Shown here in pieces: positions 48,548 to 57,938 of a stretch of DNA of 64,000 nucleotides. The notes under the pieces were generated by a model that was given only the letters and a program-made list of their open reading frames with translations, did not search any database and was not told the DNA's origin. The position numbers were made by a program, and so were the translations under genes. Source of the DNA: Parcubacteria bacterium C7867-005 (GTDB taxonomy: Bacteria; Patescibacteriota; Minisyncoccia; Phycocordibacterales; Zambryskibacteraceae); contig LFCO01000001.1 of assembly GCA_001189165.1 (NCBI GenBank), forward strand, positions 84,321 to 148,320. The letters are read 5' to 3'. The first letter of the stretch is position 1, and each line of letters starts with the position of its first letter.

Positions 48548-48691
48548 TCACTTGGATTCGGCTTTTGGCTCTGGATGTTCGGGGGCCACGTAGCCACAAC
48601 TTCCGCACTCCAGCTTCTTCTCGTTCCAAGCCGGAGGTTTCTTGCCGCATTTCGGGCACTTCACTTCGGCCGGCGCATCATCCTCTTTCAA
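48548..48691 (-). CDS. 47-aa zinc-ribbon protein (not in ORF track), second gene of unit 9
   Basis: CACCACTCGC-GGAGG-ACCC-TTG; MKEDDAPAEVKCPKCGKKPPAWNEKKLECGSCGYVAPEHPEPKAESK; stop lies inside terminator 48539-48565. Confidence 0.65.
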   Translation of the reverse strand: MKEDDAPAEVKCPKCGKKPPAWNEKKLECGSCGYVAPEHPEPKAESK

Positions 48692-48710
48692 GGGTCCTCC
48701 GCGAGTGGTG

Positions 48711-49091
48711 TCAGTACGGGTTCATGAACATGATGGCCAAATTGATGTCTCGAGAGTAATTCGGCACAGCATCAGTCCATGTCATCATCTTGCGAACCCA
48801 ACGGTTGGGTCCTTCCTTGCCGATGATGATGAAGTTCGGATTCGCCCACGACCTTCCTCGCTCATTGTGCCTCGCGGTTTTTTCCTCCGCGAACCTGATG
48901 AGCTTGCCGAGCTCTTCTTCGTTGTAGTCACCGGGGTCACCCACGATGGCGACGATGGATGACCACTCCGCATCTGACTTCGGCAGAGGCGCTTCGTGTC
49001 CAGCGAGGTTCTTCACATGGAAACGCCCGCAGGAATCCTTCGTGGCTCGCGGCAGCTTCTGTGCCGCTTCGAGCAAGGTCGCAAGTGTCAA
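48711..49091 (-). CDS. GC-rich hypothetical protein (unit 9)
   Basis: Promoter TTGATA-16-TACTGT with extended TG; leader AGCACAAACCCTTAGAT-GAGAGGA-TTTCAGC-TTG; G/C-ending codons. Confidence 0.7.
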   Translation of the reverse strand: MTLATLLEAAQKLPRATKDSCGRFHVKNLAGHEAPLPKSDAEWSSIVAIVGDPGDYNEEELGKLIRFAEEKTARHNERGRSWANPNFIIIGKEGPNRWVRKMMTWTDAVPNYSRDINLAIMFMNPY

Positions 49092-49289
49092 GCTGAAATC
49101 CTCTCATCTAAGGGTTTGTGCTTCTACGAATGTCCTTCAGCACAGTACCACAAAAACTCAAAATATCAAATTAATCGATCAAGCCTTCCCACCATTTGAA
49201 AGTAAATTGCATGAATACGTACATCGTCCCATAAATCGGTAGAAGCAGAAAAAATAGAAATTTTTTGAAACCTTTCATGGCCGTATAAG

Positions 49290-49580
49290 TTATTTCTGTA
49301 TTGGAGTGACGTTCTTCTCTCCCCAATCAAGGAATAGTTCAAAAGTATGCCAAACAAGACTAAACACAGGCCAAACTATTTTCTCCCAAATAAAGATTAC
49401 TGGTGCAGAGATGTAACCCCACACAACATTAAACACCCGACCAATATAGCTTGTTGTCTCTTGCCCCTGTTCTGAGCTTACAGCGTCGAAGATAGACCAA
49501 TCCAAAAAGTATTTGAGTAAAATCAAAGCGATTATTATAAGTATAACCTTGCCTATAATTCCTTTCTGCTTTTGATTCAT
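49290..49580 (-). CDS. Small membrane protein
   Basis: Hydrophobic 96-aa ORF starting MNQKQKGII (pilin-leader-like QKG), native codon usage. Confidence 0.6.
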   Translation of the reverse strand: MNQKQKGIIGKVILIIIALILLKYFLDWSIFDAVSSEQGQETTSYIGRVFNVVWGYISAPVIFIWEKIVWPVFSLVWHTFELFLDWGEKNVTPIQK

Positions 49581-49595
49581 GATGACTTAAGTCTA

Positions 49596-50891
49596 TTAGA
49601 GCGCTGGGAGGTATGCAAGCGGATCAAGGTATCCAGCAGGTCCAGCTTTGGAGATAGGTATATAAACATTTTTACAATTAATGCTGTTTGAGTACAGCTC
49701 CACACTGACCGCCTGGGTGACATACAAACCAAAATGTAGATGTGGACCGGTTGAATATCCTGAACCGTTTCCTCCTATAGCACCACCCGAATATCCTATT
49801 ATTTGACCCGTCGATACTTTTTGACCAACAGTAACAAGTGAATTTGATAGGTGGCTATAGAAAGAAGATAGGCCGTTGTCGTGCCTGACCAGTAACCACC
49901 TTCCGTAGGATTTACATGATTTGGATAAATCAGTGTTACCCGATCCGGTGACAACACCATCCTTCACAGACAATACTGCGCTTCCAACAGAAGCGGCAAA
50001 ATCTACACCACTATGACTCTGTGACGTATAAAGACGCTTTGCATCTACAGTAGCTCCGAACATTTGAGTTACTCTGATTTTTTCAAGTGGCCAAGCTAAC
50101 ACAGCCGGCGAGGCTTCTGGTATGAGGTTTGGATCGAGCACTAGTTTTAATTGAGATTCAAAGTTGAAGAGATCTGATTCAAATTTTTTCTGGTTCGCGA
50201 TATTTTCTGAGAGCATCTTCTGATACTCCGCTTCTTTGTTTTTGGTTTGAATTAGAAGGGCGGTCTGGTTAGCTTGAGTAACCTCTACTACCTTTTTTTG
50301 GCCACCGAGTTCAGTATTAAAGTTCTGTAGTTCTTTTTTTGTTTTTTCTTTTTTGTCCCTCTCTATCTCCAGAGCATTTTTTGTTGCCCTCAGGAAGGCT
50401 ATTTCTTCACCCAGTCCATCCTGCAGGTCTCCCAAGGCGCTTCTGTCGTGCCACACCTCAGATATTTTCTTATAGGTCAAAAGGTCAGCTATCATTGACT
50501 TCGAGTCATAGCTTGCCAGTTTTTGGATGCTCATACTAATAGCTTTCTGGTGCGTGTCTATATCCCTTTCCTTTTCTGTCATAGAGTTCTCTAGGGATTT
50601 TATGTTCAGCTCTGCCCCATTGATTTTTGATTTAGTTACTTTGATATCCGTTTCCAGTTTTTTTCTGGTCGCATCGAGAGATTTGACAGTGCCTTGGAGG
50701 GTTTTACCTTGGTTGTTTAATATATCGAGCCCTTTCTGAAGTTTTATTTGTTCTTCTTGGAGTTTTTGTTTTTGAATATTTGCTTCCTCTATTTTCTGTC
50801 TAAGGCTGTCTGCTGTTTCTGCGACAACAAATTGAGGCACCAAAAAAAGCATCATCAAACATATAAAGAGTATCTTTATATTTTTTTGCAT
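49596..50891 (-). CDS. Coiled-coil M23 peptidase (murein hydrolase, EnvC-like architecture)
   Basis: Signal peptide, long coiled coil, HSGVDF, YGRW....H, YSHLS, STGPHLHF. Confidence 0.9.
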   Translation of the reverse strand: MQKNIKILFICLMMLFLVPQFVVAETADSLRQKIEEANIQKQKLQEEQIKLQKGLDILNNQGKTLQGTVKSLDATRKKLETDIKVTKSKINGAELNIKSLENSMTEKERDIDTHQKAISMSIQKLASYDSKSMIADLLTYKKISEVWHDRSALGDLQDGLGEEIAFLRATKNALEIERDKKEKTKKELQNFNTELGGQKKVVEVTQANQTALLIQTKNKEAEYQKMLSENIANQKKFESDLFNFESQLKLVLDPNLIPEASPAVLAWPLEKIRVTQMFGATVDAKRLYTSQSHSGVDFAASVGSAVLSVKDGVVTGSGNTDLSKSCKSYGRWLLVRHDNGLSSFYSHLSNSLVTVGQKVSTGQIIGYSGGAIGGNGSGYSTGPHLHFGLYVTQAVSVELYSNSINCKNVYIPISKAGPAGYLDPLAYLPAL

Positions 50892-50892
50892 T

Positions 50893-52200
50893 TTATTCCA
50901 AAAGTTTTATAGCCTTTTCTATTCTCTTCTCAGTTTTATCTTGACCTAGCAAACTCATAAGGGTGAATGGATCCGGTGACTTTTCTCTTCCGGATAGGGC
51001 ATAGCGTAGAGGCCAAAGCACATCGCCCTTCCCCACCTCTTCTGCGTATTTCATGATGCCGTCTTTATTCCCCACCATCTTTACTACATGCTTTAGATGT
51101 TCCAAAGTTTTTTCTTTTGTTGAGTTTTTCCAGATTATTTTTTCTAAATTTAAATCTGGCTCCATAAACACGTAATCGATTTCCCCGTCAGCAATTAGTA
51201 TGTCTATATCAGAGAGAATATCAATGCGTTCAAGGATCAAATCGACGATTTTTTCTGGCACAGACACATCAGGGAATTTTTCCAAGATTTTCTGTGTTAC
51301 CACACTGGACAGTTCCTCCTTGGGCAACATCTTCAAATGCTCACGGTTTATCCAGCGCAGTTTCTTCTCATCAAATATAGCTCCGCCCTTTTGGACCTTG
51401 TCGATGTCAAAAGCTTCTACCAATTCGCTCAAGCTGAATATTTCTTTCTCCGTACCGGGATTCCATCCGAGGAGGGCATAAAAGTTTAAAAGAGCATCAG
51501 ATAAATATCCTTGATTCTTATAGTACTCAACCCACACTGCTTCGCCGTGCTTTCTCTTTGATAGCTTCTTTCTATCCGCGTCTAATATGAGGGGTAAATG
51601 GGCATATATAGGCCTATTTGCCCCTATAGCCTCCTGTATGAGGATCTGGCGAGGGGTATTGGAGATGTGGTCCTCACCACGAATTACGTGGGTTACTCCC
51701 ATCTCATGGTCATCCACAACTACAGCCAGATGATAGAGGGGTTCCTCGGGGCTTTTGGCGATGACGAAGTCCTTTAGTTCTGTGGTATCGAACTCCACCT
51801 CCCCTCTTATCAGGTCATCAAATTTTATTTTCTTATTTGGATTTTTAAATCTAACCACCTCACTTCTCTGTCCTTCTTCCTGTGGTTCTTCTTTGGATAT
51901 ATAGGCTGTCCCATTGTCGAGCATTTTTTGAACATAATTCTTATACACCTCAGTCCTTTCTGATTGTCTAAAAAATTCATCACAGGTTAATCCAAGCCAA
52001 GATAGCCCGTCCAAAATATTCTTCTCAAATTCTTTAGTAGATCGTTCCTTGTCTGTGTCTTCAATACGCAGGATAAACTTGCCTCCATATTTTTTGGCAA
52101 AGAGATAGTTAAACAACGTAGTGCGCGCCGTACCCACGTGCAAGTTTCCCGTTGGTGATGGTGCCATCCTCACTACAATTTTTTTGTTTGGATCAATCAT
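50893..52200 (-). CDS. gltX: Glutamyl-tRNA synthetase
   Basis: RMAPSPTG.LHVG, LRIEDTD.ERS, VVDDH.MG.THVIRGEDH, KLSKR. Confidence 0.97.
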   Translation of the reverse strand: MIDPNKKIVVRMAPSPTGNLHVGTARTTLFNYLFAKKYGGKFILRIEDTDKERSTKEFEKNILDGLSWLGLTCDEFFRQSERTEVYKNYVQKMLDNGTAYISKEEPQEEGQRSEVVRFKNPNKKIKFDDLIRGEVEFDTTELKDFVIAKSPEEPLYHLAVVVDDHEMGVTHVIRGEDHISNTPRQILIQEAIGANRPIYAHLPLILDADRKKLSKRKHGEAVWVEYYKNQGYLSDALLNFYALLGWNPGTEKEIFSLSELVEAFDIDKVQKGGAIFDEKKLRWINREHLKMLPKEELSSVVTQKILEKFPDVSVPEKIVDLILERIDILSDIDILIADGEIDYVFMEPDLNLEKIIWKNSTKEKTLEHLKHVVKMVGNKDGIMKYAEEVGKGDVLWPLRYALSGREKSPDPFTLMSLLGQDKTEKRIEKAIKLLE

Positions 52201-53330
52201 GATTCTATCTCGTGAGAAAGTGCGATCTTCAGTATCTCTTCTGCTATCTCGTGCGCTGCTGTTGGTTTATAAAACGCCTTAGCTGCTTGCTTCATCCTCT
52301 CTCTTTCCACAGGGTTGTTCACTAGGCGATCGATCTCTGATGCCAAAATACTTGCAGTGAGGTTCTGCTCTTCTATAACTTCTCCAGCACCGGACCTCGC
52401 ATAAGCGAAAGCATTTGATCTTTGGTCATGGCTCACTGATTCAGGTATAGGGATGATGATTGAAGGTGTTCCCCAAGCGGCTATTTCAAATATTGTTGAT
52501 CCAGCTCTGGACACAACTACATCTGCCACACCAGCGGCCATACGCATCGCAAGTGGGTTTAAATAGTCAAATGGTTTGTATCTGTCTTTGTGTTCAGAGT
52601 TTATAAGGACCGCTTCACTCGTTGATTTTGATTCAGCGATATTGTTTTTGCCTGTCTGATGTATTATCGAATATTTTTTTACTAGCTCAGGTAGTCCTTC
52701 AAGTAAAATATCATTTATACTCTCTGCTCCTTGTGAACCGCCGAGGACAAGGATCACAGGGACACCCTCTTCGAGTTTTAGGTATTCTCTGGCTCCCTCT
52801 GATATGGGCACGGTCAGATCTTTCCTTACGGGATTTCCAGTATGCGCAACTTTTTCTTTAGGGAAATATTCTGCTGCTTCAGGGTATGAGATAGCGATTT
52901 TTTCTGCAAATTTTCCAGCCCACAAATTAACCTTGCCTGGTTTAGTATCTGATTCGTGTATAACCACGGGTATACGAAGAATTCTTGCTGCTACGAGCGT
53001 TGGGAAGCTCCCATACCCCCCTTTGCCAAAGATAACGTCTGGATATATTTTGTAGACTTCATAAAGTGAACCCAGGATTCCCCAAGCAGTTTTGAACAGA
53101 TCAAAAAAATTCAATATTGAAAAATATCTGCGGAGTTTACCAGCACTATTTTTTTTGTAAGCTATGTCCTTTTCAAACAGTAGTCCCGCATTATATGGAG
53201 TTGGGGACATGTAGAACAATTCTGGTTCTAGCAGTCGTTTCTCCTTGGTTATGTTTTTTATCTCATCCGCGATAGCGATGATTGGATAAAAATGTCCACC
53301 GGTTCCTCCTCCAGTAAAAAGTATTCTCAT
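52197..53330 (-). CDS. murG: Lipid II GlcNAc transferase
   Basis: TGGGTGGH.YP, KGGY.S.P, HESD, GNPVR, LGGSQGA, SRAG, Q..NA. Confidence 0.96.
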   Translation of the reverse strand: MRILFTGGGTGGHFYPIIAIADEIKNITKEKRLLEPELFYMSPTPYNAGLLFEKDIAYKKNSAGKLRRYFSILNFFDLFKTAWGILGSLYEVYKIYPDVIFGKGGYGSFPTLVAARILRIPVVIHESDTKPGKVNLWAGKFAEKIAISYPEAAEYFPKEKVAHTGNPVRKDLTVPISEGAREYLKLEEGVPVILVLGGSQGAESINDILLEGLPELVKKYSIIHQTGKNNIAESKSTSEAVLINSEHKDRYKPFDYLNPLAMRMAAGVADVVVSRAGSTIFEIAAWGTPSIIIPIPESVSHDQRSNAFAYARSGAGEVIEEQNLTASILASEIDRLVNNPVERERMKQAAKAFYKPTAAHEIAEEILKIALSHEIES

Positions 53331-54433
53331 GTGCGTTGTGTGACTTGGGTTTTAGATATAGAGAGGACGATACCAACTTCAAGTAAGGTGATAAAAAGCG
53401 ATGTGCCACCATGACTGACAAAAGGCAAAGTAATCCCCGAGAGTGGAATAACCCCAAGCATGGCTCCTATATTCACAAACGCTTGGCAGACTATCATTAT
53501 AACAATTCCCACAACCAAGAGTCTACCGAACTGATCAGGAACCCTCGAGGCTATTTTGAGTCCCCTGGTAGCAAAAAATACAAACAAAACTATCAAAGTA
53601 GTCGCTCCGACGAAACCAAATTCTTCTGCTTGCACTGCAAAGATAGAATCTCCAATCGGTTCAGGTAAAAAGTTAAATTTTTGGACACTTTGGCCAAACC
53701 CCCTACCAAACAATCCCCCCGATCCAATGGCTATGAGTGATTGTTGTATTTGATAGCTTGAGCCTCTTGCATTATCTCCCGGTTTCAAAAAAGTACTGAT
53801 ACGCTCCATGACATACGGCCTGGTTAGTGCGAGCAGGATGATGCCGATTATCCCAGATAAAATCAAAAGAGAAAGATGCCTCCACTTCCCTCCTCCGGCG
53901 AGGAATATAGCCAAACCAGAGCAGATGATCATCATAAAAGTATCAGTGTCTGGTTGTAGGAGAAGTAATATCCCAGAGATTACAAATAAGATAATTAAAG
54001 GTAGTAAACCAAATTTAAATGTTTCCATCTTGCTTTTGACGCTTGATACCCAAGCAGCAAAATAGATAATAAAACCAAGCTTTAGTATTTCAGACGGTTG
54101 AAAAGAAAATCCCCAAATATAGAACCATCTCCTGGCCCCATTGTGCTCGAATCCAAGTTGGGGGATGAGGACGAGGATGTTCAGTGCAATGGCTAGAAAC
54201 AAAAGATAAAAAGCATACGTTTTCCATATTTTGTGGTCTATCTTTGACACCACGAGCATAGCTACTGAACCCAAAAATAAACCCAAAACAGTTTGTGAGA
54301 AGGCTATGGAAGAATATTTGTCGCTGCTCTTAGCAAGTATACCTAGGGATGCAGAACTAAATATAAAAAAACCAGCGATCATCAGTATGATGATCGAAAA
54401 TAGAAATGGTTTGTCTACCTTCCACTTTTTCAT
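53327..54433 (-). CDS. ftsW: SEDS peptidoglycan polymerase FtsW
   Basis: NGARRW, FQPSE..K, QPD, YQ..QS.IAIGSGG..GRG.G.S.QK...LPE...D.IF, G.TLPFVS.GG. Confidence 0.92.
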   Translation of the reverse strand: MKKWKVDKPFLFSIIILMIAGFFIFSSASLGILAKSSDKYSSIAFSQTVLGLFLGSVAMLVVSKIDHKIWKTYAFYLLFLAIALNILVLIPQLGFEHNGARRWFYIWGFSFQPSEILKLGFIIYFAAWVSSVKSKMETFKFGLLPLIILFVISGILLLLQPDTDTFMMIICSGLAIFLAGGGKWRHLSLLILSGIIGIILLALTRPYVMERISTFLKPGDNARGSSYQIQQSLIAIGSGGLFGRGFGQSVQKFNFLPEPIGDSIFAVQAEEFGFVGATTLIVLFVFFATRGLKIASRVPDQFGRLLVVGIVIMIVCQAFVNIGAMLGVIPLSGITLPFVSHGGTSLFITLLEVGIVLSISKTQVTQRT

Positions 54434-54469
54434 GTGGCTATTATAGCACCGTGAATCCGATAAATAACT

Positions 54470-55552
54470 CTAGTCGAGGAGAGCAAGTACCAGACCAAGC
54501 ATCGCAAAGATAACAGATATGATCCAATACCGCATGGTTACTTTATAGGCGGGCCAGCCTATTGCTTCAAAATGATGGTGGAGCGGCGCTATCAAAAAAA
54601 CCTTTTTACCACCCCTCATCTTTTTAGATAAAACTTGAATTATGTTTGATAGAGTTGTGACCAAAAGTGGTAGGGCTATGATAGGTAAGACCAAAACCCC
54701 ATAACCTCCACCAATCGAATCTGTCATAAATGCCACAACAGCGAGTGTGATAGTTAGCCCCATACTCCCTGTCTCCGACATATAAAATCTCGCGGGTGGA
54801 ATGTTGTACCAGAGAAATGCGAGGATACCTCCAAGGACTACTGCGCAAAAGGCAGCTAGGTTTATCTGCTGTTGATAGAAAGCTATCCCCGCATAGGCAG
54901 CGAACATTGTGGCAAATGTTCCTCCTGCCAAACCGTCTATGCCGTCTATGACCCCACCAGAATAAAGTGCGAGCATCACTAATACAAAGAAAGGTATAAA
55001 GAATACTCCCAGATCAAGCACCCCCCAACTTTGTGGTAACCCGATTATATGAACATCTAATTTAAAATAAAACCAGAGAGCTGCTGCCAAACCGATAGTT
55101 GTGATGATGATAAGCCTCTTAGATAGGGACAATCCTCCAGCGGCATTATCTCCCCCTCCTTTAATTTCGAGGATATCGTCCACCAATCCAACTAATGCTC
55201 CAAAGATCAGAGTAAAAAGTGGAATCCAAGTCTGGTTCCTTGAGAGTAGATCGAGCTTAGAAAGGGTTAGGCTATCTGGAAATATATGACTCAAGATCCA
55301 AGTTCCAAGGACAGTGACAAGCACTGAGGCCCAGATAACAATGCCGCCCATCCTGGGTGTGCCAACTTCTTTTTCTTTGTGCAGTTCATTAAACACTGGA
55401 GTTCCTCCTCCGCCTATGCCAACATGTTTGCCAGATTTTTTCTTCCACATCTTATTTTTATAAAGATAGTCAGTGAGGATTGGGGCAAAAAACATACCCA
55501 AACCGAAGGCGATGATTGGAGGAGTGAATATTTTTACAACATCTATAATCAT
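54470..55552 (-). CDS. mraY: Phospho-MurNAc-pentapeptide transferase
   Basis: GTPRMGG, G.VDD, DGIDGL, N.PPA.FYM, APLHHHFE..GW. Confidence 0.95.
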   Translation of the reverse strand: MIIDVVKIFTPPIIAFGLGMFFAPILTDYLYKNKMWKKKSGKHVGIGGGGTPVFNELHKEKEVGTPRMGGIVIWASVLVTVLGTWILSHIFPDSLTLSKLDLLSRNQTWIPLFTLIFGALVGLVDDILEIKGGGDNAAGGLSLSKRLIIITTIGLAAALWFYFKLDVHIIGLPQSWGVLDLGVFFIPFFVLVMLALYSGGVIDGIDGLAGGTFATMFAAYAGIAFYQQQINLAAFCAVVLGGILAFLWYNIPPARFYMSETGSMGLTITLAVVAFMTDSIGGGYGVLVLPIIALPLLVTTLSNIIQVLSKKMRGGKKVFLIAPLHHHFEAIGWPAYKVTMRYWIISVIFAMLGLVLALLD

Positions 55553-55561
55553 ATAGATAAA

Positions 55562-56527
55562 TTATAAGTTACTTATAGGTTCGGCTGAAAGGGATAACAG
55601 GGTGGCTCGCACCAGTTTCTCTACGTCTCTAAATCGTTCTTCAGCTGTTGAACCCAAAACAGAGATGATTATTGGCCTACCAAGTTCCGGGTCAAAGGCA
55701 ATCACCAAATTGCCACCAGCAATATCTGTAAAACCAGTTTTTGATCCTTTGATACCGGGAATGTCCGCTACTATTTGATCAGTATTGACCGCAGTATGAA
55801 CAAAATTATCCATGGACCTTATAGTGATAGTGTCATGTTTTGTAGCCTCGAGTAGATTTGGATTATTCTTTAGAATATAAGCGAACAGAGAGGCAACATC
55901 CTTTGCTGATCCATATGCACCGCCCTTCTTATCTGATTCATCTAGGCCGGTCTCATTAAAGAAATACGTATTTTTCATACCCAATTTGTTTGCCATGGTA
56001 TTCATAGAGTTGATGAAGTCCACCTCTTTTTCTTTGTCTGTAGCATCAGATTTGCCTATCGCACCCAAGGCAAGCGCCACAGCTTTGGTGCCATCGTTTG
56101 ATGAACTAGTAAGAGAAAAATCCAATAAATCCTTCAAGCTCCACCTCTCGCCGACCCTTAGACCACTGTCTCCATCTGTGCGGATTGCTTTGTTAGTTAT
56201 AGTAATGACACTTTCCTCTGGAGCGATGCTTATTGCCACTAGAGCAGACATAACTTTGGTTAGTGATGCGAGGGGCAGTCTCTCGGACTCGTTTTTGCTA
56301 TAAATTATTTTGTTTTCTCTTATATCAAAAACATATGCAGCTTTGGCATTTATTTCTACACTATCAAAAGGGTTTATGACTACTTCAGAAGGAACAGAGG
56401 TACCATCCCTCATAACTTTGTTACTCATGATGGTAGAGATTAATATGAGTGCGACCAAAAGAACGCCTAAGGCGGCGATAAAACGTAGTTCGTGCTTATT
56501 TGTCAGGATAGGTGTGTGTATGGTCAT
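55562..56527 (-). CDS. D-Ala-D-Ala carboxypeptidase (S11)
   Basis: ASLTK (SxxK), SSND (SxN), KTGFT..AG. Confidence 0.9.
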   Translation of the reverse strand: MTIHTPILTNKHELRFIAALGVLLVALILISTIMSNKVMRDGTSVPSEVVINPFDSVEINAKAAYVFDIRENKIIYSKNESERLPLASLTKVMSALVAISIAPEESVITITNKAIRTDGDSGLRVGERWSLKDLLDFSLTSSSNDGTKAVALALGAIGKSDATDKEKEVDFINSMNTMANKLGMKNTYFFNETGLDESDKKGGAYGSAKDVASLFAYILKNNPNLLEATKHDTITIRSMDNFVHTAVNTDQIVADIPGIKGSKTGFTDIAGGNLVIAFDPELGRPIIISVLGSTAEERFRDVEKLVRATLLSLSAEPISNL

Positions 56528-57099
56528 GAGGTCATTTCAGTAGGTTCATCTCCACTATCTTCACTGGTTTTAGCAAATGATTCAAGCTTGGAAAAAGCTG
56601 TTTCAAACTCAGGCAAATCCTCCACCCTCTTAACTCCGAGAAATCTTAACAGTTCTATAGTTGGTTTGTAACTAAAACTTCTTTCGCCCTTTTCGCTTTC
56701 ACTTCTCTCCACCAAGCCCCTTATCAATAAATTTCTTATGATAAATCCAGAATTCACCCCTCTTATGTAATCAATCTCCTTGCGAGATATTGGTCCTTTG
56801 TAAAGAATTATGGAAAGTGTCTCGAGCCCTGCCCTACCCAGATCCCTAGAGAACTCCTCTTTTTGGAGTTTTTCTATAACAGATGATGCATTTGGGCTAG
56901 TGCCAAAAGTTACTTTCTCTCCATCAGAGACTAGTACTATTCCCCTGTCGCCATAGAATTTTTGTAGTGACAGAACCGCGGATCTGACATCATCCGGATT
57001 TTCCTCAGTAGATTTTGAAAGTTCGGTGATAGTTATCGGTTCGTTTTTGAAGAACAGTATCGCTTCTATGAGTGATTCAAGTTTAGTGTCTTTAGGCAT
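56524..57099 (-). CDS. scpB: SMC-Scp complex subunit ScpB
   Basis: IEAILF, LETLSII.Y..P..R.EID.IRGVNS, L..RGLV. Confidence 0.95.
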   Translation of the reverse strand: MPKDTKLESLIEAILFFKNEPITITELSKSTEENPDDVRSAVLSLQKFYGDRGIVLVSDGEKVTFGTSPNASSVIEKLQKEEFSRDLGRAGLETLSIILYKGPISRKEIDYIRGVNSGFIIRNLLIRGLVERSESEKGERSFSYKPTIELLRFLGVKRVEDLPEFETAFSKLESFAKTSEDSGDEPTEMTS

Positions 57100-57844
57100 A
57101 ATGCGGAATTCCTACATTTTCTGTTTCCATCTCTATATCGCCTCCGGCTTCTTGTGTGACCCTTATGGCCCCTCGCTTTACGAGTTCCAGCATAGCAAGA
57201 AAACCGACTATTATCATCACTTTGTTTTCGTGTGTTAGCGCACCCCTTTTCATATTAGATTTGTAGAAATCAGTGAAATTCATTTTGATACCTCTTGATA
57301 TTCTTTCTGCAAGTTTCTCTATGGTTTCCTCCAGACTAATCATTTTCCTTATGACTGTTTTGGGTAGATTCTCTTTTTTCGGTAGCGATTCGAGCACTCT
57401 GTTCAGTGCAGAAAGGAGATATGTTTGGTTTGTCTTGGAATCCGGTGAGAAAACCACAACCGCCTCCTTGGATGGAGTTTTTTCAAAAATTATGTTTTTA
57501 CCAAATAATTTTTTGATATTTATGGAGAGTTCTTTTACACGCGCATAAATGACAAGACGCCTTTCCAAATCTTCGATTGAAGCTTCCTCTTCTTCAGACA
57601 ATTCGAGCATTGGGAGTAGTGATCTGGATTTAACCAGCATAAGCGTAGACGCGATCACTATGAATTCAGCACTCTCCCCTATGGGGAATTTTTCATGCGA
57701 CTCGATATATTTGATAAAATCGTCAGTCACCTCAGAAAGTGATACGTCGTTTACAAAAAGCTTTCTTTTTTCTACTAGGTCAAGGAGGAGGTCCAGGGGC
57801 CCTTCGAAGACACCCGTCTTTACTTTGTAGTTGAATCTGTCCAT
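57092..57844 (-). CDS. scpA: SMC-Scp kleisin ScpA
   Basis: FEGPLDLLL.L, A.TL...KSR.LLP, FLA.LEL.K. Confidence 0.95.
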   Translation of the reverse strand: MDRFNYKVKTGVFEGPLDLLLDLVEKRKLFVNDVSLSEVTDDFIKYIESHEKFPIGESAEFIVIASTLMLVKSRSLLPMLELSEEEEASIEDLERRLVIYARVKELSINIKKLFGKNIIFEKTPSKEAVVVFSPDSKTNQTYLLSALNRVLESLPKKENLPKTVIRKMISLEETIEKLAERISRGIKMNFTDFYKSNMKRGALTHENKVMIIVGFLAMLELVKRGAIRVTQEAGGDIEMETENVGIPHYA

Positions 57845-57938
57845 TTACGGCCAATTATAGCCTTTTAAGCCTAGTTTTGGAAGAAAACTATTTGATTTCA
57901 GAAGGCTGTACCCTAAGTCAGGTTGGTGGGGCTAGGAG

